A DNA stretch of 64,000 nt from Isoptericola halotolerans (GTDB lineage Bacteria > Actinomycetota > Actinomycetes > Actinomycetales > Cellulomonadaceae). A program made the translations under genes and the position numbers. Location of the stretch: NCBI RefSeq assembly GCF_013149785.1, contig NZ_JABEZU010000002.1, positions 682,001 to 746,000 of the forward strand, written 5' to 3'. The notes under the pieces are model-generated. The model was not told where the DNA came from. It did not search any database and saw only the letters and a list, made by a program, of their open reading frames with translations. Shown in pieces: positions 38,320 through 47,516 of the stretch. Each line of letters begins with the position of its first letter. Within the stretch, counting starts at the first letter, position 1.

Positions 38320-39533
38320 GGTCGGTGAACCTCGCTCTCCAGGGTGTCGAGCCGGCGGGCGAGCTCGCTGAGCGCGGCGTCGTCGGCGGGTGGTGGTCCG
38401 TAGATCAGGTCGGCGACCTCACGAGGGTCGCGCCGGGTGGCACGCACGACGGCGTCGACCACGGAGTCGGGGTGGCTGGACCTCGGAAGGCCGAGTCGCA
38501 GGGCGACCGCCTGGGCGGTGGCGGCGCGCAGCCCGGCCGCTGCGTGCCCGCGGGCGCGCGCCCGCCGGTACAGGCGGGCCCGCCCCCGGGTGGACTCGGC
38601 GGAGGGCACGACCACGGGAAGGTCCTCGGCGACGAGCCGCCCCAGGCGACGACCGCGCCAGAGCACGGTGACCAGGGCGACCAGGACGGCCCACCACAGG
38701 GCGGTGCCGAACCAGGAGGGCAGCACGGACCCGGGTGCCGGGTCCGGGGAGAGGCCCTCGTCGACCGTCGAGTCGGCCGGGTCCGCCACGAGCCACACGA
38801 GTCGTTCGTGGGCACCCAGCAGGTGCAGCGCGAGGGCAGCGTTCCCCTCGGTGAGCACCTCGTCGTTGCGCAGCAGGACGGGGTCGTCGACCACGACGAC
38901 GGAACGACCGCCGCGCTCGAGCGCCGCCAGCACCGAGGCGCCGTCGGCGTCCGCCCAGCAGGTGGACACGTCGGGGGTCGTGCTCTCGAGACCGGGGGCG
39001 AGCAGCGAGGGTCCCGCCACCACCGCCGCCGGGACGGCGCACCCCGGTTCGACCGGTGCGTCCGGGGCCGGGCGCCAGGAGGTGCGCTGGACCTGGTTGC
39101 CGGTCGCCGCCCGCAGGAGCCCGTCGTCGGCGCCGGCGAGGACCAGGTCGGCGTCGACGGCGGCCAGCGCCTGGACCTGCTCCGGCAGCAGGTAGGTGGC
39201 GGGGGTGACCAGGAGCGTCGTCCCGGGCCCCGCGGCTGCCACCGCGTCGGCGACCCTCGTCACGTGCTCCACCTGGACACCCTGCCGTCCGAGGACCTGG
39301 GCGAGCGCCTTCGACCCGTCCGGGCGGGAGTTCTCGGGGTCGTAGGGGATCACGGACCCGGCCGGGCGCATGACGGCGAGGACCAGCACGGTCAGCAGCA
39401 GGGCGGCGATGCCGCCGACCACCCAGCGCGCCGCACGCCACCGGCGACGGCTCCGCGAACCGAGGGTCGTGCCGTCGCCGGTCACGGCGGCGGAGGTCCA
39501 GGTCCCTGTCGGCGACGTCGTGGGCGCGCTCAC
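38316..39533 (-). CDS. DUF4350 domain membrane protein
   Basis: YDPENSRPDGSKALA, GNAALAL and GRRLGRLVAEDLPVVV; position in the MoxR operon. Confidence 0.85.
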   Translation of the reverse strand: MSAPTTSPTGTWTSAAVTGDGTTLGSRSRRRWRAARWVVGGIAALLLTVLVLAVMRPAGSVIPYDPENSRPDGSKALAQVLGRQGVQVEHVTRVADAVAAAGPGTTLLVTPATYLLPEQVQALAAVDADLVLAGADDGLLRAATGNQVQRTSWRPAPDAPVEPGCAVPAAVVAGPSLLAPGLESTTPDVSTCWADADGASVLAALERGGRSVVVVDDPVLLRNDEVLTEGNAALALHLLGAHERLVWLVADPADSTVDEGLSPDPAPGSVLPSWFGTALWWAVLVALVTVLWRGRRLGRLVAEDLPVVVPSAESTRGRARLYRRARARGHAAAGLRAATAQAVALRLGLPRSSHPDSVVDAVVRATRRDPREVADLIYGPPPADDAALSELARRLDTLESEVHRP

Positions 39534-40204
39534 GACACCTCCTCGGCCGTCGTGGTCGGTGCCGTGGGCCGGGTCGCGGCCGCCTGCGCGTCGAGCGCGC
39601 GCAGGGCGGCGTCGTCGTCGGGGCCGGCCGGCAGGTGGCCGTAGCAGACGCCGTCGAACCGGCCGGCCGCGTCGTGCAGAGCCGTGCTCAACCCGGGCAG
39701 GCGGACGCTCGCAGCGACCGCGGCCTCGCGGGCGGTCCGACCGGGACGTTCGTCGAGCACCACGCGTTCCTCCAGCCCGCGCACCACGGCGCGGAAGCGT
39801 TCGAGCACGGCGAGCGCCCAGTCCTGCCGACGGGCGGCGTCGTCGGCGGCGGCACGCATCTGGTCGGCGGTGCGGGTGTCGTCGTCGTGGACGACGGCGG
39901 AGCCCCGGGCGGCGTGGCGGCGCAGCCGGGCCGGGCCCGCCACGAAGTACGCGACGGCCACCACGACGACGAGCACGACGAACAGGATCAGCGCCAGCCG
40001 CCACGGGCTGACGTCTACCGCACCGACCCCCTCGAAGAGGTCGACGATCCACAGGATGAGCCGCACCAGCAGCGACGGGTCCTCGGAGTACTCGGGCTTC
40101 GCGAGCTCCTCGACCAGCCAGCCGCGGGCCGTCTCGCGATCCGGTTCCACCGGTACCTCGGTCGCGTGCAGCAGGAGCAGGTCGCGTGCCGTCCCCACGC
40201 TCAC
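39530..40204 (-). CDS. DUF4129 domain protein
   Basis: ELAKPEY, ERFRAVVRGLEER, GRTARE and FDGVCYG. Confidence 0.85.
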   Translation of the reverse strand: MSVGTARDLLLLHATEVPVEPDRETARGWLVEELAKPEYSEDPSLLVRLILWIVDLFEGVGAVDVSPWRLALILFVVLVVVVAVAYFVAGPARLRRHAARGSAVVHDDDTRTADQMRAAADDAARRQDWALAVLERFRAVVRGLEERVVLDERPGRTAREAAVAASVRLPGLSTALHDAAGRFDGVCYGHLPAGPDDDAALRALDAQAAATRPTAPTTTAEEVS

Positions 40205-41448
40205 CACTGCGGGGCGCCTCCTGCGGCCGCCGACGGGCCGGCCGGTCCGGGCGGCGGCTCGTTCGCCGCGCGCTCCGCGGCCGCGGCGAGCTGCACGTCG
40301 AGGCCCTCGCGGCGCATCCGCACGTCGGTGTAGACCAGAGCGACGACGCCGGAGACGAACACGAGGTAGACGATGCTCGCGACGACGGACGCCACCACGG
40401 TGGTCAGGAGGAAGCCCCAGCCGACGTCGTCGCCGTCGATGAAGATCCCGAAGAAGATGAGCGGTGTGGTGACGACCTGCCCGACGAACCCCGTGATGAT
40501 GCCGGCGAGCAGCACCGTGCCGAAGACCCGCCAGAACGATCCGCGGGTGAGGCGCCAGGCGCGGGCGATCGTGCGGCCCAGGCCGCTGCCCTCCAGCACC
40601 AGCGCCGGTGCGACGAGCACGATCCGGACCCACAACCAGGCCACGAGCGCCACGAGCCCTACCGCCACCAGCACGCCCAGCAGGACGGTCAGGGCCACGG
40701 ACTCGGTCGCCACGGCGACGCCGGCCACCAGCAGGACCAGGCCGATCGCGACGACGTAGACCGCGACGACGAGGACCACGGACCGCAGGATCATCCACCC
40801 GATGAGCACCGCGAGGCGGGGGCGCACCTTGTTCCAGACCTCGCCCACGGACATCTTGCGGCCGATCACCGACTGGCTCACCGAGACCGTGATGAGGCCC
40901 TCGGTGATGGGCTGGGCGATGAGCAGGGTGAGCGACAGGGCGCCGGAGACGGCCATGAGCTGGGCGAACATGGAAAGGTCCGTCGCGGTGAAGCCCTCAA
41001 GCCCCGTCTCGCCGCTGAACGGCTCGGCGAACAGGCGTGTCAGGGCCGGGACGGCGAACTGCGCGAGCAGGGCCGCGAGGAGAGTGGCGGCGGCGACCAC
41101 CACCGACACGAGCCCGAGCATGACGGCGGGGTTGTGGCGGACCGCGCTGAAGGCGCCGTCGAAGATCTCGCCCAGGGAGAGCGGCCGCAGCGGGACGATG
41201 CCGGGCTTGGTCGCGGACGGTCCGTACGGGTTGGGCGGCTGCGGGCCGGCCGAGGGAGTCCCCGGGCCGTACTGGCCGGTTCCCTGCTGGTCGGAGCCGT
41301 ACTGGCCCGGACCGTACTGTCCGGAGCCGTACTGGCCCGGACCGTACTGTCCGGAGCCGTACTGGCCCGGACCGTACTGCCCGTAGGCGGGAGGGCGTGG
41401 TGCCTCTCCCCACCCGGAGGGCGGCGTCGGCTGGTCGGGCGTGCTCAT
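40201..41448 (-). CDS. Membrane protein (GDPD-membrane-domain-like) with N-terminal YG(P/S)GQ repeats
   Basis: KPGIVPLRPLSLGEIFDGAF, RAWRLTRGSFWRVFG and YTDVRMRREGLD. Confidence 0.82.
   Translation of the reverse strand: MSTPDQPTPPSGWGEAPRPPAYGQYGPGQYGSGQYGPGQYGSGQYGPGQYGSDQQGTGQYGPGTPSAGPQPPNPYGPSATKPGIVPLRPLSLGEIFDGAFSAVRHNPAVMLGLVSVVVAAATLLAALLAQFAVPALTRLFAEPFSGETGLEGFTATDLSMFAQLMAVSGALSLTLLIAQPITEGLITVSVSQSVIGRKMSVGEVWNKVRPRLAVLIGWMILRSVVLVVAVYVVAIGLVLLVAGVAVATESVALTVLLGVLVAVGLVALVAWLWVRIVLVAPALVLEGSGLGRTIARAWRLTRGSFWRVFGTVLLAGIITGFVGQVVTTPLIFFGIFIDGDDVGWGFLLTTVVASVVASIVYLVFVSGVVALVYTDVRMRREGLDVQLAAAAERAANEPPPGPAGPSAAAGGAPQW
41291..41380. repeat. Coding tandem repeat, 3 x 30 bp
   Basis: (c/t)cggagccgtactggcccggaccgtactg(t/c) x3, encoding QYGPGQYGSG. 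Confidence 0.9.
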
Positions 41449-41565
41449 GCGGCCTCCTGGGGCACGGCGAACGGGACGGGTGCGTGACCGCCACGACCCT
41501 ATAGGTTCGGGCGCCCCGCGGGCGCGCCCGGGACGGGACCTCGTGGACACTGGCACACTGTGGCC

Positions 41566-42246
41566 ATGAAGTCCCGCGTCCTGGTGGTCGACGACGACAC
41601 TGCCCTCGCCGAGATGATCGGCATCGTCCTGGAGTCCGAAGGGCTCGATCTGAGCTTCTGCTCCGACGGCGATGCCGCGATCGGCATGTTCCGTTCGACC
41701 CAGCCCGACCTCGTCCTGCTCGATCTCATGCTGCCCGGCAAGGACGGCATCGAGATCGCCCGTGAGATCCGCGCCGAGTCGGGCGTGCCCATCATCATGC
41801 TCACGGCGAAGACGGACACGGTCGACGTCGTGCTGGGCCTCGAGTCCGGTGCCGACGACTACGTCACCAAACCGTTCAAGCCGAAGGAGCTCGTCGCCCG
41901 CGTGCGCGCACGGCTGCGCCGTTCCGACGAGCCGGGACCCGAGCGGCTCAAGATCGGCGACATCGACATCGACGTCACCGGCCACACGGTCACCCGCGAC
42001 GGGGAGCGCATCAGCCTCACCCCGCTGGAGTTCGACCTCCTCGTCGAGCTGGCCCGCAAGCCGTGGCAGGTCTTCACCCGCGAGGTGCTGCTCGAGAAGG
42101 TCTGGGGATACCGCCACAGCGCCGACACGCGCCTGGTGAACGTCCACGTGCAGCGGCTGCGCTCCAAGATCGAGACCGACCCCGAGAACCCGGTGGTCGT
42201 CCAGACCGTGCGAGGGGTGGGCTACAAGGCCGGTGCGCCCCGCTGA
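41566..42246 (+). CDS. mtrA: Response regulator MtrA
   Basis: VLVVDDDTALAEM and VWGYRHSADTRLVNVHVQRLRSKIE; synteny with mtrB and lpqB. Confidence 0.97.
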   Translation: MKSRVLVVDDDTALAEMIGIVLESEGLDLSFCSDGDAAIGMFRSTQPDLVLLDLMLPGKDGIEIAREIRAESGVPIIMLTAKTDTVDVVLGLESGADDYVTKPFKPKELVARVRARLRRSDEPGPERLKIGDIDIDVTGHTVTRDGERISLTPLEFDLLVELARKPWQVFTREVLLEKVWGYRHSADTRLVNVHVQRLRSKIETDPENPVVVQTVRGVGYKAGAPR

Positions 42247-42265
42247 CCGGCGCGTCACCGGTGCC

Positions 42266-43936
42266 GTGAGCAGGTGGGCCCGGTCGGTCGTGCACCGCTG
42301 GCGCTCCTCGATGCAGGTGCGCGTCGTCACCTCGGCCGTCGCGCTCGGGGTGGTGGCGGTGGCCGTCCTCGGGGTCTACGTGTCGACGTCGATCCGTGAC
42401 GGGTTGTTCGACCAGCGCCTGGACCAGATCGAGCGGGAGAACGCCGCGGTGATCCAGGAGGTGCGCACCCGGCTCGCCGCCTCGCCGGCGACGCAGACCG
42501 GGGAGCAGCAGGCGCTGCTGCGTGACGTCATCCTCTCCCTCAGCGCGGGCGGGTCCAGCGCCCAGGACTACTTCCTGCGGCAGGCCCCCGACGAGCAGCT
42601 CCCGCTCGCCGACCCGTCGTCGCGCCAGGGTCTGGCGGTGACCGACGTCGTCACCCCCGAGATGCGCCAGGCGACGCTCGAGACGGGGGACCAGGTGCTG
42701 CAGTCCGTGCCGGTCCCCGCGGACTTCACCGAGACGGGCATGGAGGAACCGGGGGTCGTGGTCGGCGCCACGGTCGAGCTGCCCTCGGCCGGGACGTTCG
42801 AGCTGTACTCGTTGTACTCGCTCGCGTCCGAGCAGGAGACCCTCGGTTTCGTCCAGCGCACGCTCGCCATCGGCGCGGTGGCGATCCTGGCGATGATCGG
42901 GCTGCTGACCTGGACCGTCACGCGGCAGACGGTCGCCCCGGTGCGGCGGGCAGCGACCGCGGCGGCCCGCCTGGGCGAGGGCCACCTCGACGTGCGCGTG
43001 CCCGGCTCGCGCGGCTACGACGAGATGGCCACGCTGGCACGGACCTTCAACGAGATGGCTGACAACCTCGAGGACCAGATCGCCCGGATGGAGGAGCTCT
43101 CGGCCGCCCAGCGGCGGTTCGTCTCGGACGTCTCGCACGAGCTGCGCACGCCGTTGACGACGATCCGGATGGCCGGCGAGGTGATCCACGCCGCGCGAGC
43201 TGGCCTCGAGCCGTCGGCCCGGCGATCCGCGGAGCTGCTCCAGACCCAGCTGGACCGGTTCGAGGAGCTGCTCACCGACCTGCTCGAGATCAGCCGGTTC
43301 GACGCGGGTGCCGCCGTGCTGGACGCCGAGCAGCGCGACGTGCGCGGTGTGGTCAGCGCCGTGGTCGACACCTGTGCGCCCCTGGCGGAGCGCAAGGAGG
43401 TCTTCCTGTCGGTGGAGATGCCGGACGAGCGTGCCGACGCGGACATCGACCCGCGCCGCGTCGAGCGGATCGTGCGCAACCTCGTCGTCAACGCGATCGA
43501 GCACGCCGAGGGCCGGCCGGTCGAGGTCACGGTGGGTCAGGACGCCCAGGCCGTCGCGGTGGTGGTGCGCGACCACGGCGTCGGGCTGACACCGGAGCAG
43601 CTCAACCGTGTCTTCGACCGCTTCTGGCGGGCCGACCCGGCCCGTGCGCGGACGACGGGCGGCACCGGGCTGGGCCTGGCGATCTCGCAGGAGGACGCGC
43701 ACCTGCACGGCGGGCGTCTGGACGTGTGGGGCCGCCCCGGGCACGGTGCGAGCTTCCGCCTGACGCTCCCGCGGCGGGCCGGCATCGAGATCGGCCGCCC
43801 CCCGCTGCCGGTCGAGGGCCCGCCGCGCTCCGGCGGGCAGCACGTGCCCACCGGGCAGGTACCCGTGGTCAACCCCCCGACCGGGCCTACCCCGACCGCT
43901 ATCCCCGTCCTGCCGCCCGAGGAGGAGCACCGATGA
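42266..43936 (+). CDS. mtrB: Sensor kinase MtrB
   Basis: HAMP domain, FVSDVSHELRTPLT and RADPARARTTGGTGLGLAI. Confidence 0.96.
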   Translation: MSRWARSVVHRWRSSMQVRVVTSAVALGVVAVAVLGVYVSTSIRDGLFDQRLDQIERENAAVIQEVRTRLAASPATQTGEQQALLRDVILSLSAGGSSAQDYFLRQAPDEQLPLADPSSRQGLAVTDVVTPEMRQATLETGDQVLQSVPVPADFTETGMEEPGVVVGATVELPSAGTFELYSLYSLASEQETLGFVQRTLAIGAVAILAMIGLLTWTVTRQTVAPVRRAATAAARLGEGHLDVRVPGSRGYDEMATLARTFNEMADNLEDQIARMEELSAAQRRFVSDVSHELRTPLTTIRMAGEVIHAARAGLEPSARRSAELLQTQLDRFEELLTDLLEISRFDAGAAVLDAEQRDVRGVVSAVVDTCAPLAERKEVFLSVEMPDERADADIDPRRVERIVRNLVVNAIEHAEGRPVEVTVGQDAQAVAVVVRDHGVGLTPEQLNRVFDRFWRADPARARTTGGTGLGLAISQEDAHLHGGRLDVWGRPGHGASFRLTLPRRAGIEIGRPPLPVEGPPRSGGQHVPTGQVPVVNPPTGPTPTAIPVLPPEEEHR

Positions 43937-45654
43937 GCCGGTCCACCCGACACCTGCTGTCGGCGGTCTGCGCCGCCACCCTCGCGGTGTCCGTCGCGGC
44001 GTGCGCGAGCATCCCGATGTCGGGTGGCGTCATGGAAGGGTCGGCCGAGGTCGACAGCGCCGAGGATATCGCGTTCGACGTGCAGGGCCCCGCCACCGAC
44101 GCCGACCCGCAGCAGATCGTGCAGGGCTTCGTGAGCGTGGCGCAGTTCGGGCCCGCGTCGGCACAGACGTTCGACATCGCCCGGGAGTACACCACGCAGG
44201 CCGCGTGGTCCTCGTGGGACGAGTACACCCGGGTGCTGCTGCTCTCGGAGTTCCCGGAGTGGACGGTCGAGGAGCACGACGACGCGGCGGCGGCGACGAC
44301 CGTGCGCGGGGAGGCCACCGTGGTCGCCTCCCTCGACGAGTCCGGGGTGTTCACGGAGCTTCCCGAGCCCAGCGTGGTGGACGTGACGTTCGACCTGACG
44401 CGCGGACCGGACGGGCAGTGGCGCATCAACGCGCTGGACGACGGCATGCTGGTGCTCGCGAGCTTCCTCACCTACGCGTTCCACCGCACGCCCCTGTACT
44501 ACCCGACGTCGGACCGCCGGTGGTGGGTCCCCGACGTGCGGTGGTACCCGAACCAGTCCTGGCGGACGACGGCCACGCAGGCGATCCTCGCCGGCCCGCC
44601 GCCGTGGCTGGCGCAGTCGACCGTCTCGGTGGTGCCGGAGGGCGCCACCCTGGCCATCGACGCGGTGACGGTGGCCGACGACGGCACGATCGACGTCAGC
44701 CTGACCTCGGCGATCACCGAGGCGCCCCCGGACGACCGGGCACTGCTGGTGGCGCAGCTCGAGGCGACGCTGCGCGAGGGCGACGGCCGCAGCGTCGTGC
44801 TGTCCGAGGGGACCTCTCCGTTGGCCCCCACGACAGCGGCCGAGCCGTCCCGCCCGCTCACGACGGGTGACGCGGTCGTGGCTCTGGACGCCGACGAGGG
44901 ACCGGAGCTGCGCCGTGTCGTGGGGCGGGAGCTGACGGACCTGGCCGCGCCGGTGGACGTCTCCGGGCTCGACGTGACCGCCGTGGGCGTCGGGCCCGAC
45001 GACGGCACGATCGTCGTGCGGGACGGCGCCGACCGGCTGGTGCGGGTGTCCGACGAGGAGAGGTCCGAGCTGCTGGTCGGCGAGTCCCTGGTGGCCCCGT
45101 CGGTCGACCGCTTCGGCGTCGTGTGGACGGCGGACGGCGCCGGGCTGCGGGTCGCGCTGTCGACCGGTGGGACCGTGACCGTCGGGGCGGACTGGCTGAG
45201 GAACCAGACGGTCCGCTCGCTGCGGGTCTCGCCCGAGGGAGCACGGATCGCCCTGGTCACCGACGGCCCGGACGGCACCGAGGTCTGGTCCGCGGCCGTC
45301 GAGCGGGACGCCGACGACGTCCCGACCGGGTTGTCGGCACCGGTGCCCGTCGGCGGACCGGTCCAGGACGTGCAGTCCGTCGACTGGTCCGAGGAGTCGA
45401 CACTCCTGCTGCTCGCCGGGTCGTCGGCCGCTGCGCGGAACCTCTACGTCGCGGGCGTCGGGGGCCTCGCCGGGTCGAACGACGGTCTGTCGCGCGTGCT
45501 GCCCACCACGACCGCGCCGGCGTCGGTGACGACCGGGGTCGGTGCGAGCCCGGCGCTCGTGATCGACGCCGAGGGGATGCTGCGCGTGCGCCAGAGCGCG
45601 GCGCTGTGGCCGACGATCGCGACCGACGTGGTCGCGGCGGCCTACCCGGGCTGA
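43933..45654 (+). CDS. lpqB: Lipoprotein LpqB (GerMN + beta-propeller)
   Basis: VAACASIP lipobox, VPDVRWYP, LAGPPPWL, SPEGARIA and terminal YPG. Confidence 0.93.
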   Translation: MSRSTRHLLSAVCAATLAVSVAACASIPMSGGVMEGSAEVDSAEDIAFDVQGPATDADPQQIVQGFVSVAQFGPASAQTFDIAREYTTQAAWSSWDEYTRVLLLSEFPEWTVEEHDDAAAATTVRGEATVVASLDESGVFTELPEPSVVDVTFDLTRGPDGQWRINALDDGMLVLASFLTYAFHRTPLYYPTSDRRWWVPDVRWYPNQSWRTTATQAILAGPPPWLAQSTVSVVPEGATLAIDAVTVADDGTIDVSLTSAITEAPPDDRALLVAQLEATLREGDGRSVVLSEGTSPLAPTTAAEPSRPLTTGDAVVALDADEGPELRRVVGRELTDLAAPVDVSGLDVTAVGVGPDDGTIVVRDGADRLVRVSDEERSELLVGESLVAPSVDRFGVVWTADGAGLRVALSTGGTVTVGADWLRNQTVRSLRVSPEGARIALVTDGPDGTEVWSAAVERDADDVPTGLSAPVPVGGPVQDVQSVDWSEESTLLLLAGSSAAARNLYVAGVGGLAGSNDGLSRVLPTTTAPASVTTGVGASPALVIDAEGMLRVRQSAALWPTIATDVVAAAYPG

Positions 45655-45752
45655 CGGACCGCCCCGGTCGGAGCCCGTCCACAGCCCGCCATGGTCCACG
45701 TCGGCCTGAGCGCCCGTCGCTGCCGGTCACGCGCCTCGCCCATGCTGCACCG

Positions 45753-46523
45753 GTGCTCACCCGCCTCGCCCGCCTCGTCGTCCCCGTCTCCTGCCCCGGC
45801 TGCGGGCGGTACGACGTGCGGTGCTGCGCCCGGTGCGCGGGCGCCGTCGTCGGCGGGCCGCTGCGCCGGGTCGAGCACGACGCGCCGCGGCTCGACCGGC
45901 TGGACGACGAGGGGCCGCTGCCGGTCTGGGCGGTGAGCCGCTGCACCGGACCGGTGCGCGACGTCGTCGTGGCGTGGAAGGACCGTGAGCGCGCCGACCT
46001 CGACCGGCTGCTCGTGCCCGCCATGCGTCGGGCGGGGACGTGGGTGGCCCCGGCGGTCCGCGCCGCGGTCGGCGGATCCCCGGTGGCGGTCGTGCCCGCG
46101 CCCTCGGCGCCGTCGTCCCGGCTGCGTCGCGGACGCGAACCCGTCCGGGTGCTGGCGCGAGCGGTCGCCGACGGGCTGCGGGCCGGCGACGTGCGCGCCA
46201 CGGTCGTGCCGGCGCTGCGGCGTCGAGGTGCCACCCGCGACCAGGTCGGGCTCGGCGCCCGGGCGCGCGGGCGCAACCTCGCCGCGTCGCTCGTCGTGCG
46301 GCGGGGCGCCGCCGTGGCCGGCACGCCGTGCCTGCTGGTGGACGACGTCCTGACCACCGGCGCGACCCTCGCCGCGGCCGAGCTCGCCCTCGCCCGCGCG
46401 GGAGCCGCGGTCCTCGGCGCCCTCGTCCTGGCCGCGACACCGCCACCGGACAGCGTCACCGAATCTCCCCACGCCGGACCGTCGCCAGCGGTTCACCCCG
46501 ACGACACCTTGGGGTTAGTGTGA
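45753..46523 (+). CDS. comF: ComF family phosphoribosyltransferase-like protein
   Basis: CPGC...CARC zinc ribbon, RRG, DQVGL and LLVDDVLTTGAT. Confidence 0.9.
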   Translation: MLTRLARLVVPVSCPGCGRYDVRCCARCAGAVVGGPLRRVEHDAPRLDRLDDEGPLPVWAVSRCTGPVRDVVVAWKDRERADLDRLLVPAMRRAGTWVAPAVRAAVGGSPVAVVPAPSAPSSRLRRGREPVRVLARAVADGLRAGDVRATVVPALRRRGATRDQVGLGARARGRNLAASLVVRRGAAVAGTPCLLVDDVLTTGATLAAAELALARAGAAVLGALVLAATPPPDSVTESPHAGPSPAVHPDDTLGLV

Positions 46524-46699
46524 GAACCCGACGGCGAGCAGCCCGCGGCAGCGGACGGCTCGTCGCACGCGAGCGGACCGGGCGCAGCCCGGCGGCGGGA
46601 GGTGGTGTCACGACCGGCACCGACCGCGGTGCCCAGACAGCACAGCGGGCCGCCCCGAGGGATGCAGCGTGGGTGGCCCACGACGAAGTGGAGCACACG

Positions 46700-47359
46700 A
46701 TGGAGATCGCCGTCGTCGGCAGGCACACGGACGTCACGGACAGGTTCCGTGACCACGTGGAGGACAAGCTCGCCAAGGTCTCGCAGCTCGCGCCGAACGC
46801 GCGCCGCGTGGACGTCGAGGTCACGCACGAGAAGAACCCCCGGCTCGCCGACCTGAGCGAACGGGTCGAGCTGACCGTCCGGGACAAGGGGCCCGTCATC
46901 AGGGCGGAGGCGGCCGCGGACGACCGCTTCGCGGCCCTGGACCTCGCGATCGACAAGCTCAGCGAGCGGTTGCGCCGATCCCGGGACCGGCGCAAGGACC
47001 ACCGGCGTCGCGGACCGGACGTGATGCCCCCGGTCGACGTGCGCCCCTACGACGAGGTCCTGGCCGGCCGGCCCGAGCCCGAGCCGGAACCGGCGTCGCT
47101 CACCACGCCCGGCGACGCCGTCGAGCACCAGCTCGGGGACTCACCCGTGGTCATCCGCCAGAAGCTCCACCGTGGCGAGCCGATGACCGCCGACGAGGCC
47201 GTGGAGCACATGGAGCTCGTCGGGCACGACTTCTTCCTCTTCATCGACAAGGAGTCCGCCCGCCCGGCCGCCGTCTACCGGCGGCGCGGCTGGACGTACG
47301 GCGTGATCGAGCTCGACGCGACGTGCAGCGGCGTCGCGCCGGTGACCGACCTGGGCTGA
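46700..47359 (+). CDS. hpf: Ribosome hibernation promoting factor (long HPF)
   Basis: MEIAVVGRHTDV, MELVGHDFFLF and VYRRRGWTYGVI. Confidence 0.95.
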   Translation: MEIAVVGRHTDVTDRFRDHVEDKLAKVSQLAPNARRVDVEVTHEKNPRLADLSERVELTVRDKGPVIRAEAAADDRFAALDLAIDKLSERLRRSRDRRKDHRRRGPDVMPPVDVRPYDEVLAGRPEPEPEPASLTTPGDAVEHQLGDSPVVIRQKLHRGEPMTADEAVEHMELVGHDFFLFIDKESARPAAVYRRRGWTYGVIELDATCSGVAPVTDLG

Positions 47360-47373
47360 TCCCGGTCCGCTCC

Positions 47374-47471
47374 GGACGAGGAAGGCCTCCCGTCGCACGA
47401 TCGCGTCCACGGACGCTGCGCGTCCTCCACTTCGGGGAGGACGATCGTGCGACGGGAGGCCTTCCTCGTCC
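47374..47471. repeat. 98-bp element with perfect 30-bp terminal inverted repeats
   Basis: ggacgaggaaggcctcccgtcgcacgatcg (47374-403) / cgatcgtgcgacgggaggccttcctcgtcc (47442-471). Confidence 0.9.
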
Positions 47472-47516
47472 TCGTCGGCCGTCGTGCGTGTCGGTGCCGA
47501 CCGGCAGGATGCGGGC

